Source: an uncultured Pseudomonadota bacterium (lineage in GTDB: Bacteria; Pseudomonadota; Zetaproteobacteria; Mariprofundales; Mariprofundaceae). Taken from it: DNA of 64,000 bases. Of this stretch, positions 1-8,821 are shown in pieces (position 1 is the stretch's first letter; each line of letters opens with the position of its first letter). The notes beneath the pieces are model-generated. The model saw only the letters and a program-made list of their open reading frames with translations, was not told the origin of the DNA and made no database searches. A program made the position numbers and the translations under genes. The DNA is taken from positions 3,397-67,396 of the forward strand of contig CAJXLC010000003.1 in assembly GCA_913055645.1 (NCBI GenBank), read 5' to 3'.

Positions 1-221
1 ACCACAAAGCCCTGTTCAGCATAGGACTTTGCAATCATAATATAATCGTTTACTGCACCAGCAGAGTCACCTGTTTTCTCGCGCAATTCCGCCAATTTAA
101 CATGCGTTCGCAAGTCATTCGGTTCAGCTTTGTGTAACGCTTCAAAAAATTCCAATGCTTTAGGGTATTTACCATCCAGCAATGCCTTTTTTGCTTTATT
201 ACGCAGTTTTTCTGTAGACAT
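1..221 (-). CDS. TPR-like repeat protein, N-terminal part only (gene runs off the left edge)
   Basis: ATG at 221-219 (minus) lies directly after the lolC-like stop (222-224). My translation is MSTEKLRNKAKKALLDGKYPKALEFFEALHKAEPNDLRTHVKLAELREKTGDSAGAVNDYIMIAKSYAEQGFV and stays open to position 1. It has helical-repeat (TPR-like) character. It is absent from the ORF track because it is truncated. Confidence 0.55.
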   Translation of the reverse strand, partial: MSTEKLRNKAKKALLDGKYPKALEFFEALHKAEPNDLRTHVKLAELREKTGDSAGAVNDYIMIAKSYAEQGFV

Positions 222-1457
222 TTACTCATACCTCAACGCATCAGCTGGCGGCACATTGGCAGCACGCCAAGCTGGATAAAATGTTGCTAAAACTCCCATC
301 AACAAGCTAACAAGCACAATCCATACCACCGATACTAGATCAATTTCCGAAGGCACATGCTCAATAAAATACACATCTCCAGATAAAATGGTTATGCCAG
401 TTACCTGCTCAAACCAACGCAATAAAGCATCTAACTTCCAAGCCAGTAACAAACCAAAGCTTGCGCCCGCCAATGTCCCAAGTCCACATAACAACGTACC
501 CATCATCAAGAATATCCGCATTACCGAGGCATGTGTTGCTCCAACCGTTTTTAAAATAGCAATCTCTTTTCGCCGCTCCATCACCACCATGACCAATGAT
601 GAGACCATATTAAATACAGCAACTAAAACAATCAATGACAAGATAATCCCCATCACCAAACGCTCCATTTTTAACGCTTGAAAAAAAGATTTGTGGCGAT
701 GCATCCAATCCGTCACCCAAGCACTGGCAGGCAATTGCATACGCGCCCTTGCCGCCACCACAGCAGCTTGATTACGATCATACAAGTGTAACTCAATACC
801 ACTCACACGGTCACCTGTACGGTTAAGCCGTTGGACAGCCAATAAAGGTGCAATAATCAGACCAACATCATACTCATAAAAACCAGAATCAAAAATGCCC
901 ACCACACGAAATGCTCGCATACGCGGAGCCATACCCGCTGGAGAAATACCACCTGCAGGTGAAATCAAACGCAAAGAATCGTCTATACTCACATGTAGCT
1001 TATGTGCTAAATCTTTGCCAATAACAACTTCATAAGGTGATTTTTTCGACCCCGAAACAAAACGACCCGATATAACATGGCTAGCAATCGCATCCTCTCG
1101 CCACACATCAATACCTTTTAGGATAGCACCTGTCGAATGTCTCCCATAATTAGCAAGGACTTGTGTTGTCAAATAAGGAGCCGCTTTGGCAACACCCTCA
1201 ATATGTTCAGCTGTTTTTAACCAAGGTTGCCAATCACCCAATGTTTCATCAGACCCTTGAATATCAACATGCGAAGAAAAACCGAGAATTTTATTCTTAA
1301 GCTCTGTATCAAAACCATACATCACAGACATGACCACAATCAATGCAGCCACACCAATCGCTATGCCTGCTGCTGAACTCCAACCAATCAAGGAAACAAA
1401 ACGTTCATCACGCCGAGATTTTAAATAGCGGCGTGCTAACATCCATTCATATATCAC
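222..1457 (-). CDS. lolC: Lipoprotein-releasing system permease, LolC/LolE family (FtsX/MacB-type)
   Basis: 411-aa ORF. The N-terminus MLARRYLKSRRDERF is followed by TM1, a large periplasmic loop and three C-terminal TM segments, which is typical of LolC/E. Confidence 0.88.
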   Translation of the reverse strand: MIYEWMLARRYLKSRRDERFVSLIGWSSAAGIAIGVAALIVVMSVMYGFDTELKNKILGFSSHVDIQGSDETLGDWQPWLKTAEHIEGVAKAAPYLTTQVLANYGRHSTGAILKGIDVWREDAIASHVISGRFVSGSKKSPYEVVIGKDLAHKLHVSIDDSLRLISPAGGISPAGMAPRMRAFRVVGIFDSGFYEYDVGLIIAPLLAVQRLNRTGDRVSGIELHLYDRNQAAVVAARARMQLPASAWVTDWMHRHKSFFQALKMERLVMGIILSLIVLVAVFNMVSSLVMVVMERRKEIAILKTVGATHASVMRIFLMMGTLLCGLGTLAGASFGLLLAWKLDALLRWFEQVTGITILSGDVYFIEHVPSEIDLVSVVWIVLVSLLMGVLATFYPAWRAANVPPADALRYE

Positions 1458-1485
1458 AGGTTACAACCTATAAAATATATCTGCA

Positions 1486-2835
1486 TTAACTTAAATAACG
1501 CAAATACAAGTAAACATGCGAAATCCCAATAGTAAGTAGCATAAGTAGAAATGCGTGTTTCATAAAGGTTAGAAATGCAATGGGATGCCCTGCACGTTGC
1601 GCAAAACCTGCCACAATCAAGTTTGCTGATGCACCAATCAATGATCCATTACCACCCAAACATGCGCCCAAAGCCAATGCCCACCATAGTGGCGTCAAAG
1701 CTTCTTCACCACCAAATGTTGGAGCCATACTTTGAATCAAAGGAATCATGGTTGCAACAAAAGGAATATTATCAATGAGTGCCGAAGCGATGGCTGAAAC
1801 CCATAAAATGGAAGCTGCTGTTGCAGCAAAATTACCACCTGTCATAGCTACTGTTTTTTCTCCCAACATCGAGATTACACCCGTATGTTCAACACCCGTC
1901 ACAATAATAAACAGACCGACAAAGAAGAAAATCGTTGTCCATTCCACTTCCGCCATAATGCCTTCATAAGCATGATCTTTATCATGTAACGGCTGCCCCC
2001 AACTTTGTAATAGCAATAATGATGCAGCTCCAAACATGGCAATCGTTGCAGGCTCTAGATGAAGCGTGTGTGCAAGAGTAAAACCTGTAATAACCCCAAA
2101 CAACACAAACAAGCTTTTTTTAAGCAATACGACATCTTTAATAGCTGCATTTTCATCAAATTGCATAATCAATAATTTCTTCTCATCCGATGCTTTCAAA
2201 TCACGCCCAAACATGAACCAAATCACGGCAATCACTGTGAAAAAAATAACAGGAATAATCGGCGTTAGGTTTATCAAAAAATCCGTAAAGCTCAAATGAG
2301 CTGCTGAACCAATCATAATATTTGGTGGATCACCAATTAAGGTTGAAGTACCACCAATATTTGATGCCAAAATAAGTGCAAACAAATAAGCATACGGGCG
2401 AACACCGAGTGCATCAGTAATCAATAGCGTTACAGGGGCAATCAACAATACCGTTGTAACATTATCCAAAAGGGCTGAAAATGCTGCTGTCACTAAGGAT
2501 AGCATCACTAAAATCCACCAAGGTTCACCTTTAACAACTTTAGCAGCCTTAATCGCAACATATTGAAACATACCTGTTTTCTGGCTAATCGCTACAATCA
2601 CCATCATGCCTGTCAATAAACCAATGGTATTAAAATCAATCCCAGCAACTGCCTGCTGTTGATTCAATACGCCACAAAGAATCATTAAACCTGCACCCAA
2701 TAATGACAATACGGCACGATTAAACTTCTCAGCCATAATCACACCATAAATAAGCAATAAAATAGATACCGCAACCCAAACTGGATCCAAGCCAAATACA
2801 ACCGAAGAGGAAATAATATGGTCTGTATTATGCAT
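1486..2835 (-). CDS. ArsB/NhaD-superfamily (SLC13/CitMHS-like) anion permease
   Basis: 449-aa polytopic membrane ORF with many hydrophobic segments and a duplicated-half architecture. It overlaps the upstream CBS gene by 8 nt. Confidence 0.8.
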   Translation of the reverse strand: MHNTDHIISSSVVFGLDPVWVAVSILLLIYGVIMAEKFNRAVLSLLGAGLMILCGVLNQQQAVAGIDFNTIGLLTGMMVIVAISQKTGMFQYVAIKAAKVVKGEPWWILVMLSLVTAAFSALLDNVTTVLLIAPVTLLITDALGVRPYAYLFALILASNIGGTSTLIGDPPNIMIGSAAHLSFTDFLINLTPIIPVIFFTVIAVIWFMFGRDLKASDEKKLLIMQFDENAAIKDVVLLKKSLFVLFGVITGFTLAHTLHLEPATIAMFGAASLLLLQSWGQPLHDKDHAYEGIMAEVEWTTIFFFVGLFIIVTGVEHTGVISMLGEKTVAMTGGNFAATAASILWVSAIASALIDNIPFVATMIPLIQSMAPTFGGEEALTPLWWALALGACLGGNGSLIGASANLIVAGFAQRAGHPIAFLTFMKHAFLLMLLTIGISHVYLYLRYLS

Positions 2836-3301
2836 CGTCTTCTATGCCCTCTATCATATTACCCAAACGATCAAGAATATCTCCTGCCGAAATAACGCCA
2901 ATCAAGCGTTTTTCCTCATCAACCACCAATGCATACTCATGTTTTCCAAAGGCCGTTAATGCTGCTGCTATTGATAATAATGATTCGTCACGCTTGACTA
3001 GCAACGGTTTTGTTTCCATCACTGATAATAAATCTTTTCCTATGGTTTCAAAATAATGACGCCGTAAAATACCCATATCAGGCGCATAGGGAATCTGATT
3101 AAGGTCACCGCTTACAATATAATTGGGCACCAAATGTTCCATGATTGAAAATGTTGAGATTACACCTGCAACTACACCCTCATCGGTTACGACAGGAAGC
3201 ATACGTAACTTTGCCATTTTCATTCGATCCAACACATCAGAAACACGATCATTCACATGTGCTGTAGTGAGCTCAGTAACCATAATATTTTCAGCCCGCA
3301 T
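2828..3301 (-). CDS. CBS-pair domain protein
   Basis: 157 aa with two CBS-like motifs (VVTDEGVVAGVIS and VVDEEKRLIGVISAGDIL). It is translationally coupled to the permease. Confidence 0.82.
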   Translation of the reverse strand: MRAENIMVTELTTAHVNDRVSDVLDRMKMAKLRMLPVVTDEGVVAGVISTFSIMEHLVPNYIVSGDLNQIPYAPDMGILRRHYFETIGKDLLSVMETKPLLVKRDESLLSIAAALTAFGKHEYALVVDEEKRLIGVISAGDILDRLGNMIEGIEDDA

Positions 3302-3332
3302 AAATGCTCCTTAGTGTCGGTTTGTTATGTAA

Positions 3333-4871
3333 TCAGCTTGTTTCAGGTCTCATGTGTGGAAATAACAGCACATCACGAATCGAATGTTGCTCGGTTAACA
3401 TCATCACCAATCTATCCACACCAATACCCACACCCGCTGCTGGCGGCATAGCAAATTCCAAAGCACGCAAATAATCTTCATCCACACCTGTTGCTTCAAC
3501 ATCACCAGCTTCTTTAGCTTGAGCTTGTGCTATAAAGCGCTCACGTTGATCATCTGGGTCATTCAATTCCGAAAAGCCATTGGCAATTTCACGCCCTGCT
3601 ACAAACAACTCAAACCTATCTGTGACTGTATCATCTTCATTGTTACGCCTAGCCAAAGGCGATACATCCACTGGATAATGCGTTATAAACGTGGGTTGCT
3701 CTAACTTTGGCTCGACCAAGGTTTCAAATAATTCAAGCAAATAGTGCCCTGCTTTCCAAGTAATTAGCGGTTTAACACTTGGGTTTTCCTGTAAACATAC
3801 CGTTGCCAACAATGCTTTATCGTTGGCATGGCCACGTAAGTCAGGACGATGCTCAAACACTGCCTCATCCATACGAATGCGTTTAAATGATTGCGTCAAA
3901 TCAATATCCACGCCTTCCCATGTCACATGAGTCATGCCCAAACCATCCGCAATCGAACGAATCAAACCTTCTGTGGTATCCATGGCATCATAAAAATCGG
4001 CATACGCCTGATAAAACTCGACCATGGTAAACTCAGGGTTATGCGTTGCATCTGAACCTTCATTGCGAAAATTTCGGTTAATTTCAAATACGCGGTTAAA
4101 ACCACCCACAAGCAGGCGTTTCAAATATAACTCTGGCGCAATACGCAGGAATAATTCCATATCCAACGCATTATGATGGGTTACAAACGGGCGCGCTGCT
4201 GCGCCGCCTGCTTGGTTTTGTAACATCGGTGTTTCCACTTCCATAAAACCACGGTCTTCCAAACCACGACGCAACAAAGAAACCACTTTCGAACGTGTGC
4301 GAAAAGTATCGCGCGATTCGGGGGACACCATCAAATCGACATAACGCTGACGATAACGGGTCTCAATATCACTTAAACCATGCCATTTTTCAGGCAATGG
4401 ACGCAGACATTTACTCACCATCTCAATATGTGAAACTTTAACCGATAATTCGCCGGTTTTGGTAACAAACAATACACCTTTGGCACCAATCAAATCGCCC
4501 AAGTCCCATTTCTTGGTTGGATTATAAATCTCTGCCCCGCCCAATACATCACGATTCAAAAATAGTTGAAGCTGTCCATCAGCATCTTGAAATTTTATAA
4601 AGCTAGACTTGCCCATCACCCGATGTGCTATCATGCGCCCAGCCACAGAAACCTCTACAGCCAAATCATCCAAAGCTTCTTTCTCATATTCACCATACTT
4701 TGCGTGAATATCTGCAGATGAAGCATCTGTACGCCATGTGTTCGGATAAGCTCTCCCAGCATCACGAAGCATGCTTAGCTTATTGCGGCGAACCGTAATT
4801 TGCTCAGAAACTTTCTCTACTGTCATTTCTTTTGTTTTGGAATCAGCATCAACCACGTTTGAATCGCTCAT
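3333..4871 (-). CDS. lysS: Lysyl-tRNA synthetase, class II
   Basis: 512 aa. It carries class II motifs NRNFRNEG and AGVGIGVDRLVM, plus an N-terminal OB anticodon-binding region. Confidence 0.95.
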   Translation of the reverse strand: MSDSNVVDADSKTKEMTVEKVSEQITVRRNKLSMLRDAGRAYPNTWRTDASSADIHAKYGEYEKEALDDLAVEVSVAGRMIAHRVMGKSSFIKFQDADGQLQLFLNRDVLGGAEIYNPTKKWDLGDLIGAKGVLFVTKTGELSVKVSHIEMVSKCLRPLPEKWHGLSDIETRYRQRYVDLMVSPESRDTFRTRSKVVSLLRRGLEDRGFMEVETPMLQNQAGGAAARPFVTHHNALDMELFLRIAPELYLKRLLVGGFNRVFEINRNFRNEGSDATHNPEFTMVEFYQAYADFYDAMDTTEGLIRSIADGLGMTHVTWEGVDIDLTQSFKRIRMDEAVFEHRPDLRGHANDKALLATVCLQENPSVKPLITWKAGHYLLELFETLVEPKLEQPTFITHYPVDVSPLARRNNEDDTVTDRFELFVAGREIANGFSELNDPDDQRERFIAQAQAKEAGDVEATGVDEDYLRALEFAMPPAAGVGIGVDRLVMMLTEQHSIRDVLLFPHMRPETS

Positions 4872-4883
4872 AGTCTCTCTATC

Positions 4884-5312
4884 TTACAAACGGCTATTTA
4901 AATCTAAATCGCTAAAGAAAAAAGCAATTTCAGTTGCCGCATTTTCTTCTGAATCAGAGCCATGTACTGCATTAGCATCAATAGAATCCGCGTGGTCTGC
5001 ACGAATAGTACCAGCTTCAGCTTCTTTCGGGTTTGTAGCACCCATCAATTGACGGTTCAAAGCCACAGCATTTTTACCTTCTAAAACCATTGGTAATACT
5101 GGACCAGAGCTCATAAATTCACATAAATCTTTATAAAATGGACGCTCGGCATGTACTGCATAAAAACGACCTGCTTCTGCTGCGCTCAAGTGACGCATAC
5201 CTGTTGCAATAACAGTTAAACCGTTTTCTTCGAAACGACGGATAATGTCACCAATCACATTTTTTGCGACTGCGTCTGGTTTGATGATTGAAAGTGTACG
5301 TTGAATTGCCAT
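4884..5312 (-). CDS. ndk: Nucleoside diphosphate kinase
   Basis: 142 aa. It shows [15 protein letters not shown] and the active-site NAVHGSDS. Confidence 0.95.
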   Translation of the reverse strand: MAIQRTLSIIKPDAVAKNVIGDIIRRFEENGLTVIATGMRHLSAAEAGRFYAVHAERPFYKDLCEFMSSGPVLPMVLEGKNAVALNRQLMGATNPKEAEAGTIRADHADSIDANAVHGSDSEENAATEIAFFFSDLDLNSRL

Positions 5313-5351
5313 TTTTTCCCCTTTGTAATTACAGCTTAAAACTCATTATTT

Positions 5352-5372
5352 AAAAACCGTCAGTTATGACGG
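5352..5372 (-). terminator. Rho-independent terminator after mnmA
   Basis: On the minus strand the sequence reads CCGTCA-TAAC-TGACGG followed by TTTTT. It begins 39 nt after the mnmA stop. Confidence 0.6.
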
Positions 5373-5410
5373 AAGCGGCACCCTAGAAGTCTACCTAGCA
5401 GGTGGCAAAC

Positions 5411-6538
5411 TTATCGGACAATCTCGGAGACAATACCACCACCCAACAACTCATCGCCAACATAAAAAGCTGCCACCTGCCCAGGTGCAGTTGGCTTTTG
5501 TGGCTTGCTAAAAACAATAGCCACATCACCGTTATTTACTTGCAATTGACAAGCCGCTGGCTTCATCTGATAACGTACCTTAGCAGTGACTTTCTCCGAG
5601 TTTTGCATATCCCGTAGCCACGCCACACCCTCAACGCTTACCTCTTGAATCAATGCATCTTCTGGCGGAGCAACCACCACCCGCGCTGTCACGCCATCAA
5701 GTTCCACTACATGCCACGGACCATCAGGTAACCCTAAGCCTTTTCGTTGCCCCAGCGTATAGTGAGCAATACCTTCATGCCTACCAAGAATATGTCCTTC
5801 TCTATCGACAATATCACCCGCACGAAACCCAGCCTCTGCACCCTCACGCTTTAAAAAAGCAATACGATCACCTGCAGGAATAAAACAAATATCTTGGCTT
5901 TCATGTTTATGTGCTGTCATTAAATCATAATGCTGCGCCAAAATACGCGTGCCATCTTTTTGCAAATGCCCCACAGGAAACAAAATCCTTTTAGCTTGCT
6001 CTTTACTCGTTGTAGCTAGAAAATAACTCTGATCTTTTTTATCATCATTACCTTTATATATATGTAAGCCTGTCTCATCATCCATGCGCTGCACATAATG
6101 CCCAGTTGCCACATATTCTGCTTCTAACTTATCTGCGGCATCCAATAACGCACCAAACTTTACAAAACGATTACATCGCTCACATGGGTTTGGCGTACGC
6201 CCTGATTCATAATCGGCAATAAACGGATCAATCACATCACGACGAAAATTCTCACGCATATCCATATTATAAAAGGGAATGCCTATTTGATCACATACCC
6301 GCCGCGCATCATAAGCATCATCCAAGGAGCAACATGAGCCATGCCCTGTAACTTCTTCCCGACGGTATTCCCAAACATTTAAAAACACACCCAACACATC
6401 CGCGCCAGCCTCTTTCAAAAGCGCTGCCACAACAGAAGAGTCGACCCCACCACTCATGGCGGCAACGACACGCACACCTTTTAAGTAAGAAAGGTCAGGT
6501 TTTAAAGATTGGATATAATCAGCAGAATATTCAGTCAT
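5411..6538 (-). CDS. mnmA: tRNA 2-thiouridine(34) synthase MnmA
   Basis: It has the PP-loop AAMSGGVDSSV and catalytic Cys regions. I moved the start to ATG 6538 (MTEYSADY). The 31 codons upstream in the track ORF look like read-through of the promoter region. Confidence 0.92.
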   Translation of the reverse strand: MTEYSADYIQSLKPDLSYLKGVRVVAAMSGGVDSSVVAALLKEAGADVLGVFLNVWEYRREEVTGHGSCCSLDDAYDARRVCDQIGIPFYNMDMRENFRRDVIDPFIADYESGRTPNPCERCNRFVKFGALLDAADKLEAEYVATGHYVQRMDDETGLHIYKGNDDKKDQSYFLATTSKEQAKRILFPVGHLQKDGTRILAQHYDLMTAHKHESQDICFIPAGDRIAFLKREGAEAGFRAGDIVDREGHILGRHEGIAHYTLGQRKGLGLPDGPWHVVELDGVTARVVVAPPEDALIQEVSVEGVAWLRDMQNSEKVTAKVRYQMKPAACQLQVNNGDVAIVFSKPQKPTAPGQVAAFYVGDELLGGGIVSEIVR

Positions 6539-6654
6539 GCTGCAAACACTATCTATTTGCCATAAAAAAACGAGTTTTAACGCAATTTTCGAGTTCTCAT
6601 ATAAGATCATATATAGCAAGATAATATCCACTTAGAAAACTTTAAAAAACACAG

Positions 6655-6682
6655 TTGACAAGAAAAGCTTCACCGCTACAGT
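6655..6682 (+). promoter_or_regulatory. Sigma70-type promoter of the tRNA array
   Basis: TTGACA (6655-6660), a 16-nt spacer, then TACAGT (6677-6682). An A/T-rich UP-like tract lies upstream and a GC-rich discriminator (TCGCGTCG) follows. The tRNA starts at 6695. Confidence 0.55.
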
Positions 6683-6694
6683 TCGCGTCGTTCA

Positions 6695-6770
6695 GCGGGT
6701 ATAGCTCAGTTGGTAGAGCGCGACCTTGCCAAGGTCGAGGTCACCGGTTCGAGCCCGGTTACCCGCTCCA
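6695..6770 (+). tRNA. tRNA-Gly (GCC)
   Basis: I folded the cloverleaf by hand: acceptor GCGGGTA/TACCCGC, anticodon loop TTGCCAA, T-arm ACCGG-TTCGAGC-CCGGT, and an encoded CCA. Confidence 0.95.
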
Positions 6771-6776
6771 GATTAA

Positions 6777-6803
6777 AGGGGGTCCTAGTGACCTCCTTTT
6801 TAT
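6777..6803 (+). terminator. Terminator-like hairpin between tRNA-Gly and tRNA-Cys
   Basis: AGGGGGTC-CTAGT-GACCTCCT forms 8 bp with one G-U pair. It is followed by TTTTTATTT. Confidence 0.4.
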
Positions 6804-6816
6804 TTCTTGGTAGAAT

Positions 6817-6891
6817 GGCAGGGTGGCTCAGTGGTACGGCGGAGGATTGCAAATCCTTTATTCGCGAGTTCGATTCTCGCCCCTGCCTCCA
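6817..6891 (+). tRNA. tRNA-Cys (GCA)
   Basis: Acceptor GGCAGGG/CCCTGCC, anticodon loop TTGCAAA, T-arm GCGAG-TTCGATT-CTCGC, and an encoded CCA. Confidence 0.92.
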
Positions 6892-6917
6892 CCTTGAATA
6901 ATTGATTACCTTTGTAT

Positions 6918-7005
6918 GCCCGGATGGTGAAACTGGTAGACACAAGGGACTTAAAATCCCTCGGTCATTACGACCGTGCCGGTTCGACTCCGGCTCCGGG
7001 CACCA
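6918..7005 (+). tRNA. tRNA-Leu (TAA), long variable arm
   Basis: Acceptor GCCCGGA/TCCGGGC, anticodon loop CTTAAAA, variable arm CGGTCATTACGACCGT, T-arm GCCGG-TTCGACT-CCGGC, and CCA. Confidence 0.93.
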
Positions 7006-7098
7006 CATCTAAGCTGTTGATATATAACGTTATTTAGTAGGACTAGATGGGCTTTATTCTCCCCATTTTTCCTTTTTTATTTTTCCTAATGGGATATA

Positions 7099-7128
7099 TA
7101 TGGGAGCAAGAAAACTTACTCTCCCATA
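7099..7128. repeat. Inverted pair of the 8-mer TATGGGAG downstream of the ClC gene
   Basis: TATGGGAG at 7099-7106 and CTCCCATA at 7121-7128. The 10-mer ATATGGGAGC (7098-7107) recurs at 8567-8576. Confidence 0.8.
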
Positions 7129-7166
7129 AATAAGCCTCAGCACCCTTCTTGTTCTATTTAGAGAGC

Positions 7167-8546
7167 CTATAGACCAGCAGACTGTTCTGTTGTATTCACT
7201 TCCGACTTTTTCAGACGTTCCAGCAAAATACTGTATAACGGCAGCGCACCCAACTTATGCGCAACCATGTCAGCGCCGACGCAGGCAATCATGATGGGGA
7301 TAATCAGGGAATAATTGCCTGTCATCTCGACTACTAGGACAACACCTGTGATGGGTGCCTGCACGGTAGCTGCAAACAAAGCTCCCATACCGGCAACCGC
7401 AAAGGGGTAAGGATTCTGAGTTAGCATTGGAAATAACGACTCAATAACTTCCCCGTACCACAGTCCAATGATTGTGCCCAGCACAATAATTGGTGCAAAA
7501 ACCCCGCCGGGAACCCCGCTACAGAAACACGCAATAGTTAAAATAAAGCGAATTAAAATGAGAAAAAACAGGCTTTGTATGGCTATATGCCCCTCCAAGC
7601 TACTGTAAACTAGCTCATAACCCCCACTAACCATCTCCGGGAATAGGTAATGCAAGATACCAATACCAAATCCAAACAGTGCTATCCCAAGATACAGATA
7701 TGTCGTTTTTTGTTTCAGCCCCTCCATCACATCCAGACCCTTTAAAATACCGTTATTCAGGGCGGCTCCTGTCACCCCCAGAATCCCTCCCAGCAACAAA
7801 TACAGTAACATCTCATACCAGACGGGTGCATGATAAATAGGAAGGGGCAACGCAGGATGTTCGCCCACGATTAGGTTAACCACGAGTGTGGACATCAACA
7901 CCGCAATGACTAATAAACGGACATTAAGGTAACTGTAACGGAAGAAACTGCGCATTTCTTCCAGCACAAAAATCATTCCCGCCAATGGAGCATTAAAGGC
8001 CGCTGCCAAACCTGCTGCGGCACCGGCCGCCACTAGGGCATGAGCCGAATTCCTATCACCTGCTGGGAGCATATCGTTAACCATGGCGCCGCCATTTCCC
8101 CCCATCTGCACGCTAGGCCCTTCACGTCCTAGGATCATGCCGCTACCCAGCGCTAACAGTCCACCGAAAAACTTTACTGGCAATACCCGCCACCAGCGAA
8201 TCGGCCGCACACCTGCAAGGAACCCCTCAATCTCCTGAATACCACTGCCCGCAGCGTCCACTGCAAACCGCCGCACCAACCACAGCGACAGTATCAACAT
8301 CAGCGCTGACAGTAGACCAGCCCAAGCCCAGCCAGAGAGTGCATCGGCTGCCAAGAGGTTAGCAAGGTGTTCCTTCTCAAGCGCAATGCGCCCGACACCC
8401 AACTGAAATAAAGCGCCCATCAGCCCTGCCAATGCACCCACCAGAAGCGCTGCAAATTCCACCGAACGACGCTGAACAAAACTGGGGCGACCCACCGCTA
8501 GCTCTTCTGAATTATTACTTTTTGAATAGTACCGCCCAATACGCAT
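7167..8546 (-). CDS. clcA: ClC-type chloride channel / H+-Cl- exchanger
   Basis: 459 aa. It carries the selectivity-filter motifs GSGIQEIEG, GREGPSVQMG and GGVFAPIIVLG, as in canonical ClC-ec1-type proteins. Confidence 0.9.
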   Translation of the reverse strand: MRIGRYYSKSNNSEELAVGRPSFVQRRSVEFAALLVGALAGLMGALFQLGVGRIALEKEHLANLLAADALSGWAWAGLLSALMLILSLWLVRRFAVDAAGSGIQEIEGFLAGVRPIRWWRVLPVKFFGGLLALGSGMILGREGPSVQMGGNGGAMVNDMLPAGDRNSAHALVAAGAAAGLAAAFNAPLAGMIFVLEEMRSFFRYSYLNVRLLVIAVLMSTLVVNLIVGEHPALPLPIYHAPVWYEMLLYLLLGGILGVTGAALNNGILKGLDVMEGLKQKTTYLYLGIALFGFGIGILHYLFPEMVSGGYELVYSSLEGHIAIQSLFFLILIRFILTIACFCSGVPGGVFAPIIVLGTIIGLWYGEVIESLFPMLTQNPYPFAVAGMGALFAATVQAPITGVVLVVEMTGNYSLIIPIMIACVGADMVAHKLGALPLYSILLERLKKSEVNTTEQSAGL

Positions 8547-8556
8547 GCCCGCATGG

Positions 8557-8575
8557 TATGGGAGTCATATGGGAG
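8557..8575. repeat. Direct pair of the 8-mer TATGGGAG upstream of the ClC gene
   Basis: TATGGGAG at 8557-8564 and 8568-8575, read directly from the sequence. Confidence 0.8.
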
Positions 8576-8821
8576 CGTAAAGGTAAAGTTGACACTATTT
8601 AACCCATAAAGAAAACGTTTTGGAATAAATGTAACATATTGTTTTATAAATAAATATTAAATCTGCATTACAGCTATGAATGAGGTTGAAATTAGAGCTT
8701 AAATTCCTCAAACATTGCGATCTTGCTGCTTCCATTCCAGTTCTGGGCAACACTATTCAATATAACAAGCTTCAATAAATAATTGATTGCTCAAAGGCTG
8801 TCTAACTTTTAGCTTCTGCAT

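Noticed and set aside
6706-7008. 100-aa minus-strand ORF and the 63-aa plus-strand ORF (6710-6901) across the tRNA array
   Set aside because: They lie entirely over three well-folded tRNA genes, so they are artefacts of stop-free structured RNA sequence.
8547-8700. Fluoride riboswitch (crcB motif) upstream of the ClC gene
   Set aside because: I read the minus-strand leader and found none of the conserved GATG / CTGATGA-type elements. The protein also has canonical ClC-ec1-type chloride filter motifs rather than the ClC-F type.
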